Assembly (NCBI GenBank): GCA_965219345.1
Contig: OZ244732.1
Location: 1,216,001 to 1,280,000 of the forward strand
Origin: Nitrosopumilus sp.
Lineage (GTDB): Archaea; Thermoproteota; Nitrososphaeria; Nitrososphaerales; Nitrosopumilaceae
DNA: 64,000 nt
Direction of reading: 5' to 3'
The translations under genes and the position numbers were made by a program. Numbering within the stretch: the first letter of the stretch is position 1; each line of letters opens with the position of its first letter. Of the stretch, positions 41,198 to 50,159 are shown piece after piece. The notes beneath the pieces were generated by a model. The model had not been told where the DNA came from, did no database searches, and worked only from the letters and a program-made list of their open reading frames with translations.

Positions 41198-42076
41198 TCA
41201 AAGAAAATTACGAAATATCTTGAGATATCTTTTCATGAACCATTGTAAAAATATAATGTCGTTGTTTTTGACACTTGATCTTTCAAGTGCAGTATAGTAT
41301 GATCTTCTATCTGTATACTCTATGTCAAACATTGGATAATCAAATCGATTTAAAACATAATTCATCATGAGTCTTGATATTCTACCGTTTCCGTCACCAA
41401 ATGGATGTATTGTCACAAATTTTAGGTGGACTAGAGCTGCTAGTTCTACAGGATTTAGTTCTTTTTTATTTTTCTTATACCAAACAAAGAAACTTTTCAG
41501 TAAAACGGGAACGGCCTCTGATTTTGGTGGGACAAATTTACTTCCACCTATGCGCACTTCAAAGTCACGTATCTGTCCTGCAATGTCTGATTTTGTTTCA
41601 CCAAAGAGTAATTTGTGCCACGACAAAATTGTTCCTAGTGACATGTCCTGTTTTTTTTGCATGATTTGCAAAAATAGTTTTTGATGTATCCTGGTTTCAA
41701 TCATATCACTTGCAGGTTTGTTTGATGGAGTTATTCCATCCATGATAAGATCAGCGGTTTCTCGTAGGGTCAAGGTAGAGCCCTCTATTTTTTGTGTATT
41801 ATAGGTGAATCGAATAGAAAACTCTTCAATTTCCTTTTTTTGTACAGACTTTGGAATTTTAGTTCTTGTTTTTTTGTAGTTCTTCTGGACTTGTTCCATC
41901 TTGGAAACCCAATCTTCCCTGTAAAATCCTAACAGAAAGTTATATTTTATTTGTTCAATGTTTTCTGGAATCTCTTTACCAATGTAAATTTCCTTTTGTC
42001 TTTTCTGGTTTCGTATTTTGTGCTGAAGGTAGTAAAATATACGGTTACCTCGCTTTCTTTTTACTATAGATACCAC
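41198..42076 (-). CDS. Fic-domain protein (class II-like)
   Basis: HPFGDGNGRISR; inhibitory-type TQKIEG. Confidence 0.92.
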   Translation of the reverse strand: MVSIVKRKRGNRIFYYLQHKIRNQKRQKEIYIGKEIPENIEQIKYNFLLGFYREDWVSKMEQVQKNYKKTRTKIPKSVQKKEIEEFSIRFTYNTQKIEGSTLTLRETADLIMDGITPSNKPASDMIETRIHQKLFLQIMQKKQDMSLGTILSWHKLLFGETKSDIAGQIRDFEVRIGGSKFVPPKSEAVPVLLKSFFVWYKKNKKELNPVELAALVHLKFVTIHPFGDGNGRISRLMMNYVLNRFDYPMFDIEYTDRRSYYTALERSSVKNNDIIFLQWFMKRYLKIFRNFL

Positions 42077-42700
42077 AAATGTATTGCCCAGTGCAAATTA
42101 ATAAATGTATTAAATATGTACTAAATGTACTGTGCAATAACAAAATAACATTTGAAAAGTTTTAAGATGGATACTTTGAATGCAATAACGTGTATTTTGT
42201 CTCTTTTTAATTGATTCATCTCTTGAATTTACTTGAAAAGAATACTATTTGCAATTGCCGTAATGTGTTTGATTTCTACCTTTATCGCCCCTGTTTTTGC
42301 ATTTAACGTCTCAGAGATAAAAAGCAAATATCAGGAGAATCATGGTGGTCAGGAAAAAATCTCGCAGAAGGCGACTATTTCATTTATGAAATATGTAATT
42401 CTGAATCATTTACAAAATCAACTTTATCCGGACACTGCTGTGACATTTCACTAGAGTTTGTCTCACTGTTACGGACCAGCACTGGTGGCATGTGGATAGT
42501 TCAAGCACAAATTGTTACAGAAGTGGGAGAAAAAAATATGCCATATTTCAAATTGACGAGACAACATTTGACGTCACCACTTATGACAGAACCGCGATAG
42601 AGTATGCCGATTCAGTTCATGATGCAATATTTTACATGAAGGATTTTGCTAATTCTCAAACAAAAAAAAACACCTAAAAATTGGCAACAGTTGGGGAGCT

Positions 42701-43452
42701 ATGGAATTCTACGCTACGCCAGATCCTGAGATGACAGTCAGAGCGAAAACAACTACTACAATACTTGACGAGCAGATTTCAGTATATGATATAGGATTTG
42801 TCATACTTGAACAAACATCAGTTCTAATTTCAAAAGACATTCCTTTTCCACTAGGTGCAACAGTCTATGACTCTCACAGAATAATTCCTACCACACCAGG
42901 CAAAACGGAGAATCAACATCCACAAGACCATATGTGTCAGTTCCAACGGACATAACATATGCTGCATTAATTGAAAATATCGATACACCAACTGTTGTAA
43001 ACATTCCGGACTTTGCAGGAAAATACCAATACAATGGAGGAAAGCTCACCGATGTTTCATCATTGCTTCCAAACGAGATAGGTTTTGCAGATGAGATAAC
43101 AATGTCAGGCGATGCCGATGCATCTATTGCAGACGGCATCTCCATTACTGGCAGCAGTGGCAGGATAATCATAGAGCTAAATGACTATGCAGACCAAACC
43201 ATGCTTTTAGAGTCTGTAGTGCTTCTAGGTTCCCAATTTGAGGTTGTAGAATCACCTTATGACTTGATTTCTTTGCCATATGTAAATTCAAAGGGTTATC
43301 TGCTTTATTTCTGTAATTGTAATCCTGCTACTCTTGATTTCTATGTATCCACATCATCTATTTTTGCCAAAAATGGGGTTGATTCTATATGTATAAAACC
43401 AAATTTACATTTAACCTCAAATTACAAGTTTGAGTTTCTCTATCATGTCTAA
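42701..43452 (+). pseudogene. Fragments homologous to 57919-60141
   Basis: VESPYDLI..GYLLYFCNCNPAT vs VESPYNLI..GFLINHCTCNPAT; frameshifted and truncated. Confidence 0.7.
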
Positions 43453-43615
43453 GGCATAAAATAAAAAATCATAATGTCTGAATTTTATTAAAGTATGATT
43501 CACAAAAATATCCGAGTGACATTAAACAAAGTTGGGAGAATAATCCTAAAAGTATTACATATCATAATTTCTTTAAATCTAAACTTTTTTATTATTTATG
43601 ATATGTATTATATTC

Positions 43616-44485
43616 ATGGTAAGTATAGTAAAAGAAAGAGGGTTTTACTATCTAAAACATCACATACAGGCAAAAGAAAAGAGAAAGTATTTGGGCAAGG
43701 CAATCCCAAAAAACATAGAATCTCTCAAAAAGGAGTTTCTAAAACAATTTTACTGTGAGGACTGGGATGAAAGGATACAGTCAATTGGCAAAAAATACCA
43801 AAAAGAGCTAAAAAAAATACCAAAGTCAATTCAACTGAAAAATTTTGAGAGTTTTGGAATTGCATTTACTTACAATACCCAGAAAATTGAAGGTTCCAGC
43901 CTCACAAAAATAGATACCAAAGACCTGCTTGTATTTGGAGTGACTCCCGCAAAGAAATCACAGATTGATACCATAGAGACAAAAAAGCACTATGAATTAT
44001 TCATGAAACTAGTAACATCAAAAAAAATACCAAAGCTTACAAAAAAAACGATACTTCAATGGCACAGGGAGATTTTTGATCAAACAAAAATAGGAGAGGC
44101 AGGAAGCATCAGATCATACGGGGTGGAAGTCACCACTAATGAGAAAATAGACTTTACTCCAGTTGCAGAAATTCCAAAAAAATTAACAGAATTTTTTGAC
44201 TGGCTTTACAAATATGATGGAGAGAAAAATACTGCAGAGTTTGCATGTATGGCACACTACAAGTTTGTATCAATACACCCGTTTGGAGATGGAAATGGCA
44301 GAATTTCACGACTCATCATGAACTATATTTTGCTGAAATACAATTATCCATTATTGATGATAAAAAGTACAGACCGAAGGCCTTATTTCAAGTCATTAGA
44401 GAAATCTCAATTAAACCATGATGAGATTCATTTTCTGAAGTGGTTTATGAAGTATTACATCAAAGAAAATAAGCAATATTTGTAA
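43616..44485 (+). CDS. Fic-domain protein (class II-like)
   Basis: HPFGDGNGRISR, TQKIEG; start MVSIVK as in its paralogue. Confidence 0.92.
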   Translation: MVSIVKERGFYYLKHHIQAKEKRKYLGKAIPKNIESLKKEFLKQFYCEDWDERIQSIGKKYQKELKKIPKSIQLKNFESFGIAFTYNTQKIEGSSLTKIDTKDLLVFGVTPAKKSQIDTIETKKHYELFMKLVTSKKIPKLTKKTILQWHREIFDQTKIGEAGSIRSYGVEVTTNEKIDFTPVAEIPKKLTEFFDWLYKYDGEKNTAEFACMAHYKFVSIHPFGDGNGRISRLIMNYILLKYNYPLLMIKSTDRRPYFKSLEKSQLNHDEIHFLKWFMKYYIKENKQYL

Positions 44486-44717
44486 GAACCCTTTTGTGAA
44501 TTATATCATATTCAAAAAAAAAAAAAAATAATTCATTACTAATTCTTTAGACATTCTAAAATCCACGCTCTTATGCAAATTAGTATCTGTAATGCATGAT
44601 ACTAGACTCTTATATTCTCAAAGATGAACTTGGAAAACTATACTGACGAGCAAAAGTTCATGAGATCAAACATGTTAGACGGCAACACATTTTGATCACG
44701 TCCCACTACGCATTACA

Positions 44718-45344
44718 ATGCCCGCAGTAAAATCCGAAGACCTGAAGAAGGCGTACAAGAAGGAAAGGGATCCCAGGGTCAAGATCAGGATGGCCGCAGT
44801 AAACATGGTGTGCATGAACAATGAGAGCATCCAGCATGCGGCAGACTCGCTCATGCAGTGTCCCAACTGGGTCTCCTTCTGGGTGGAACGCTTCCGGGAG
44901 GGCGGCATCGACACCCTCCGGGATCTTCCCAAGAGCGGCAGGCCACCGAAGGTCAGGCCCGAAGACATTGAAGAGACAATGTCCGGGGCAGGCAGCATCA
45001 TTACTCCCCCGCAGCTGAGGGAACGTGTCCGCAAGATGCACGGCATAACATACCACATTACAAGCGCCAGAGGATAATGCGCAGGCTGGGCATGTCTGCC
45101 AAGACGGCAAGACAGGTCCACAAAACAGGGCAGGGACAGACGAAATCAGAAGGTGGCAGCACAACGCAAAGAGGCGCGCATATCGCGCCTGGAATCGAGG
45201 GGTTTTGTCGTCGTAGTCTTTGACGAGTCCATATTCATAGACGACCCGGCATCGGGAACAAAGTACTGGTCCCCGAAGGCCAGCCCATAGTCACCACATA
45301 CAAGGGCAGACACGGCAGGGTCGTGGCGTACGGTTCCATCGCGA
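44718..45344 (+). pseudogene. IS630-family transposase, frameshifted and truncated, conspicuously GC-rich
   Basis: WVERFREGG..LRDLPKSGRPPK HTH; later VVFDESIF; cut by IS5. Confidence 0.8.
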
Positions 45345-46358
45345 CTTGCTTTGTTTCCCAACACCAACTAATCATTAACACCATCTAACCATTTGAAACA
45401 ATTTTGATTTTTCTACTGTATTACAATCATCTTGTTGTACAGACAGACCTTCATTTTCAACTCATGAATCATGTTTTCTCTCCTGTGCGATGTGACATGC
45501 TCTCCAAACATTCTTTTGAATGCAGAAAACACTCCTTCTACGATCCACCTATCGCCATAGCTTACGCTGTTCTTCCACAAATCATAATTGAAAATTTGGG
45601 CCAGTACTGCCTTTCTTCTTGGATAGCAATCAGTAGTAACTGATGAGTTCTTTCTTGTCTTGATTCCTGGAATTATGTTACCATGGTACAAATATGAAAA
45701 ATTATCTTTTGTGTCATATGCACCATCAGCTAGTGTCTTAGTCACATTTCCAAATTGCTTTGACTGCTCAACTAGTGATACAAAAGATTTGGAATCATGG
45801 GAATGATCATCTGTAATTTCCAAACCTGTAATCTGTTTTGATTTTACATCTGCTGCCACATGAATCTTGAGAAATCCTCTTCTTTTCTGCCATTTCTGTC
45901 TCATCCACTCACCCCTGTCTGCAACCTTGATTCCTGAACTATCTATTGCAATGACAATGTCTTTTCCCAGCTTTGGGCTCATCTTGATGTCAAGCTTGTT
46001 TACTCTTTTCCAGATGGCAGAATATGTTGGTGTTTCTGTCTTGGATTTGAGATGTGATTTTATCAGACCTTCAGTTTGTCTATATGGAAGATGCAGATAT
46101 GCATGGCAGTATCCCAGTGCTTCCATGAATGATTCAGGATAAACATACTGGTGTCCTTCTTTTCCACGGTTCATTTCTTTGAGTTCTTTTGTCCATGAGT
46201 CTATTGCGTCAAAAGACAGCATGATTTCACCTCTTCTTACTAGTGTTTGGTTGTATTTTTTCCAGTTTCTACTCATGGAATGATACAAAATGTTCTGATC
46301 CAAACCTTGAGTGATGAAATTAATCAGATAAACTAGTCAGGTTAGGAAACACAGCAAG
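45345..46358 (-). mobile_element. IS5-family (IS903-like) element
   Basis: Imperfect TIR CTTGCT(T/G)TGTTTCC(C/T)AAC; exact ends uncertain by a few nt; no TSD. Confidence 0.8.
45413..46303 (-). CDS. IS5-family transposase
   Basis: NWKKYNQTLVRRG, IDSSG, KIHVA, ADGAYD, Y..RWIVE..F. Confidence 0.92.
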   Translation of the reverse strand: MDQNILYHSMSRNWKKYNQTLVRRGEIMLSFDAIDSWTKELKEMNRGKEGHQYVYPESFMEALGYCHAYLHLPYRQTEGLIKSHLKSKTETPTYSAIWKRVNKLDIKMSPKLGKDIVIAIDSSGIKVADRGEWMRQKWQKRRGFLKIHVAADVKSKQITGLEITDDHSHDSKSFVSLVEQSKQFGNVTKTLADGAYDTKDNFSYLYHGNIIPGIKTRKNSSVTTDCYPRRKAVLAQIFNYDLWKNSVSYGDRWIVEGVFSAFKRMFGEHVTSHRRENMIHELKMKVCLYNKMIVIQ

Positions 46359-46438
46359 CAAAGTGGTTTTGTTATTTTTGAAAGTACTGTAACTAGATTA
46401 TTTTTTGAGATGTCAGTCTCATAATTTTCGTAAAGCAT
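46359..46438 (-). pseudogene. 5' stub of partner gene (putative nucleotidyltransferase toxin) cut by IS5
   Basis: MLYENYETDISKNNLVTVLSKITKPLCLL overlapping upstream gene; identity inferred from context. Confidence 0.45.
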
Positions 46439-47024
46439 CTTTCTCCATCTTTTCTAGTAACATATCTCCTGCTTCAATGCATACACCTCTCTCACTATAT
46501 AAATCCAATATTATTTGAGGTATAGATACGAGCATTAAATCATCTACTTTGAATGATTTGTAAAATACATGATCATCACCAATTAAAATTCTCATATTTC
46601 CTTTACCGACCAGTCCATTTTGCACTAACGATTCATGCCAACGTAGTTTGTCTGATGCATGTATGTAAATATCAGTTCGTGATGGAAATAGATAATTTTG
46701 TATTTTGTTGTCTGCCTGGTATGTTGTCAGGGCATATTCCAGATTGGTTTTTCTTAATAATTCCAATGGTCTTTGTATCATATATTCTCGATATTCTGGA
46801 ATTGGTTGCCATTGTTTCCACCACATCATTAACGATTTGAAATTCCTTACTCTAGTTTTTTGGATTATTCCTTGTTTTTCTAGTTTTTCTAATAATTTGT
46901 GAATCCACGGATATCCACTATCTGCCAGCTTTGATATTCGATATTTTGTCAATGTTCCATTGGGCTCATTAAATAGTATTCTGGCTACTCTACCCTTGAT
47001 ATTAGTTCGCGTTTCCTTTTTCAT
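46419..47024 (-). CDS. wHTH + AbiEi-like (type IV TA antitoxin-like) protein
   Basis: N-terminal HTH; YALT..A..TDIY..VSIPQIILDLY. Confidence 0.6.
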   Translation of the reverse strand: MKKETRTNIKGRVARILFNEPNGTLTKYRISKLADSGYPWIHKLLEKLEKQGIIQKTRVRNFKSLMMWWKQWQPIPEYREYMIQRPLELLRKTNLEYALTTYQADNKIQNYLFPSRTDIYIHASDKLRWHESLVQNGLVGKGNMRILIGDDHVFYKSFKVDDLMLVSIPQIILDLYSERGVCIEAGDMLLEKMEKDALRKL

Positions 47025-47217
47025 TCTATTACTTTATTTTTACTAACCGTTTCTAATAAATTTATATCGTTTTATTTTAAATAATAGTTCTAATAGATAT
47101 ATATTGTTTTATTTTAAAAGAACATTGTAAAAACGATATTTTATACTTGAATTATGTATAGCAGATCAAAAAATGTATGTATTTTTTCTTTAAATATAGA
47201 TTAGTGTCTTAAAAGTT

Positions 47218-48147
47218 AACACTTTTTCACGATCTCTTATTTTACCGTTCAGTCTTTCTATTTTGTTATTGTTCTTGTCACCTTTCAAGTGAATGTGTCT
47301 AACGTGGTTTGTATCATTGCCAAACACTTTCTTACTTGATTTCATGTACGCTGGCAATCAATCTTTTATGAAATTTCTAGGATTCTTGCCAGCTTGCTCT
47401 TTAGTCATGGTCAATAGATTGTCTGCATTATGATGAAATTTGTTGTCTGCAGCATCAGAAGCCAACCAAAATCTAGAATCATCATCCATTGAGGCAAAGA
47501 GATAACACATTGTTTGCCGTTGATTTTTACCCATGCCTCGTCTGCCCTGAACCAGTTACCAACTCTAGGCACAATGTCATTAAGATACCTTGATGTCATT
47601 TTGGAATATTTTTCAATCCAGTTGTAAATACTGCAATAACTTACCTCAATCTCTTCTTTGCTCAAAACAGTCTGCAATGTCTCTAACTGACATTTCAGTA
47701 TAATACATCTGCAAGGCCCTAGTAATGATAACATCCTTTGATCTCATTTTTTCAAATCCGAAATTGGCAGTAAATCGCTTCTTGCAGTCAAGACATTTGT
47801 AACTCTGCTTATTACCTTATTTGGATTTTCTCATACCTCATTTTTTGATACTGCCTGAATCACAATACTTGCATAATGATAACTTGTTTCGTTCCATGAT
47901 TCTGAATGTATTGTTACGATAGCACTTGTTTTTTCGGATTATCTCCAACACGATTTTGATGTGCTTGCAATCATCTTTTCTAACCTGATGATCTTTACAT
48001 TCACAGATTAATCCATCTCCAATCTTTGACACAACGTAAAAATTTTCAGGATTGGCCTGTGATCTTACTTAACTTGTCATGGTCAAATTGAGAACAGTAT
48101 CCTTTTGACTCCATTATTTGTTTGGCTCACTGTGTTCGTGAATTCAT
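47218..48147 (-). pseudogene. Degraded IS6-like transposase, paralogue of 2938-4056
   Basis: CECKDH..CKHIK, LCKYCDSG, VPRVGNWFRADE, IERLNGKIRDREK; multiple frameshifts; C-terminus lost. Confidence 0.9.
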
Positions 48148-48493
48148 GCATGATTCACCTCGAAAATTAATATAGAATTAAAATAATTTGTAATGCGGAG
48201 GGAAAAAGAAGGCTCAGTTGTCACGGCTGTTTGTTTCTTTTTTTCTTCTTGTAGTTTTGATTGTTTTTGTAGTCATTGCTAGCACAGCAAAAGATTTGAT
48301 ACAAGCATCATGATCACAGCGTGTCACAGCGTGCCACAACTGTTGAATCCTGCATCGTTCTTGGTTCGTGTTGAATTAAGAATTTGGTGTTTATTTCCGG
48401 CTAGATAATGCATTTGATGAGGCCAACGCCAACTAGCCTCACGGTGGATTAGTCAGTGTTGAAGAATAAAGTAGAAAGTCGACACGGAAATTT

Positions 48494-48703
48494 TCATGGA
48501 GTGTTGTTTACATCGCCTTTTTGTATCGACTGCCTCCTGAGCTCGGCGGCAACAGCCTTTTGCACCTCCGGCGGCAGATCCCCGTGATGAAGCAGCGACA
48601 CTCGCAGGCCCATTATCACGTCGTGTACGCTCAAAAAGTCGTTGTCCATATGCGGTGCAAACGTGTTCTTGAACGTCTGATTAGATGAATCTTGGAGGGT
48701 CAT
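48494..48703 (-). CDS. Hypothetical protein
   Basis: Overlaps upstream gene on the same strand. Confidence 0.45.
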   Translation of the reverse strand: MTLQDSSNQTFKNTFAPHMDNDFLSVHDVIMGLRVSLLHHGDLPPEVQKAVAAELRRQSIQKGDVNNTP

Positions 48704-49133
48704 TCTTTTTCAACACCACTATAGATAGTTGTCCATACCTTCGTTTATACTTTAATGCCTTCTCACGCTCGATCCCGGAGATTGCTATGGTGACATCTCT
48801 GTATGTGATCCCGTTAATGTCAGTCCATTGGCCCAGCATTACGCCTGCTCCCTGTTTGCGAAACCTGACATACTCATTTCTAGTGTGCTCATCAAAGTTC
48901 TTCTTGTTGTTGGTGACAGAGATAAGGTAGACTGGCTGTCCACCATCTGTAAGTCTTTCAAAAAGTGTGTCCCTTTCGTCTGGCTTTGCCAGATCTATGC
49001 AGGATCCAATGCTCGGATGATATGTTACGGATTTTGAACCGTGCTGCCGGATTGACTTTACTCCAGCATCGTATTCCCTGCCGTATTCGTGAGGATCGTG
49101 TTGTTGCTTGCGATCCAAACCTGGCCCACTCAC
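48681..49133 (-). CDS. Hypothetical protein
   Basis: 150-aa ORF, GTGA-coupled to upstream ORF. Confidence 0.6.
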   Translation of the reverse strand: MSGPGLDRKQQHDPHEYGREYDAGVKSIRQHGSKSVTYHPSIGSCIDLAKPDERDTLFERLTDGGQPVYLISVTNNKKNFDEHTRNEYVRFRKQGAGVMLGQWTDINGITYRDVTIAISGIEREKALKYKRRYGQLSIVVLKKNDPPRFI

Positions 49134-49297
49134 GCTACAATCTTTGCAAGCTTTTTGAGTTCTTCTTTGGTCAATGTCAGCCTAAACAGCACTGCGTCTG
49201 GATTCTTTGCATTCTTGGCCTGCGGATAAAAACTAATCACAAACTTGGAGCCGTCCTTTTTTATCTCGTATGGCCTTCCGCCGATGGTATCTCGCAT
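49130..49297 (-). CDS. Small hypothetical protein (55 aa)
   Basis: MRDTIGGRPYEIKKDGSKFVISFYP..; below ORF-track cutoff. Confidence 0.55.
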   Translation of the reverse strand: MRDTIGGRPYEIKKDGSKFVISFYPQAKNAKNPDAVLFRLTLTKEELKKLAKIVA

Positions 49298-49351
49298 GAT
49301 GATATGAAACAGACGAGATTTATAGAGTTATTGTATTATCTAAAATTTTAG

Positions 49352-50108
49352 TCAGATCTCCATTACTGTCACTGTATCGTTTTGATGTATGGCATAATGG
49401 TGTAATGCGGTATCAAGACAGATGTGGTATTTGTTTTGCTGGACATAGAGCATAGCAAATCTTACGAGAGTAACAGGTATCAAGACAGATGTGGTATTTG
49501 TTTTGCCGTACCTCTGGTGCTCTGGTATGGCCAAATATCTGCCTGATTGCTGGAATGTCTGTAAACTCGTCATAGTCACACCATACGATTCCGCCGTTTT
49601 TGTGCGGACCACCGCGCGATATTCCGACCTGAAAGAATTTTTGCAGACGATTCACATCATCAATATGTCTTAGACCCTCAACTGACTGTGCCATGAACTC
49701 TTTCAGACTCGTAGTTCCATATTCCTCAAAGAACTGCCTGCTTACTCCTGCATGGGTACAAAGATAGCTGCCAACATAGCAGTACGAAGTCATTTTCGTC
49801 CATGGTATGTCATACGAACCTATGATGTATCTTTTGAACTCGAAGAATCCAGAGCAGCGAAATGCAGGATTGCCAGTCATGTAGTGCAGATCATGGTTTC
49901 CAACCAAGTGAACTCTGTCTTGCTGTTCTAGTGATGTGACAAGCCATCTTGCAGTATTGTGAGTGTCCAAGGCCGTCTCGTAGAACGCATCAAAGTAATC
50001 TCCCAGAAATACAGTCTTGTCCAGGGATTCCCTTTCTATGATGGACTCTGCAGTCTGGAATTTTGTGTGGATGTCAGGTATTATGAGGGTTTTAGCGTCG
50101 TGTGCCAT
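49352..50108 (-). pseudogene. Calcineurin-like metallophosphoesterase, C-terminus frameshifted by 67-bp duplication+insert
   Basis: PDIH, LGDYFD, GNHD, THAG, FGHT; removing one repeat plus the insert gives CLDTALHHYA..MEI*. Confidence 0.85.
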
Positions 50109-50159
50109 ACTTGGTATGATGCATGTATGAATTTGTGTCTAGCTTTGCCATGATAAATA

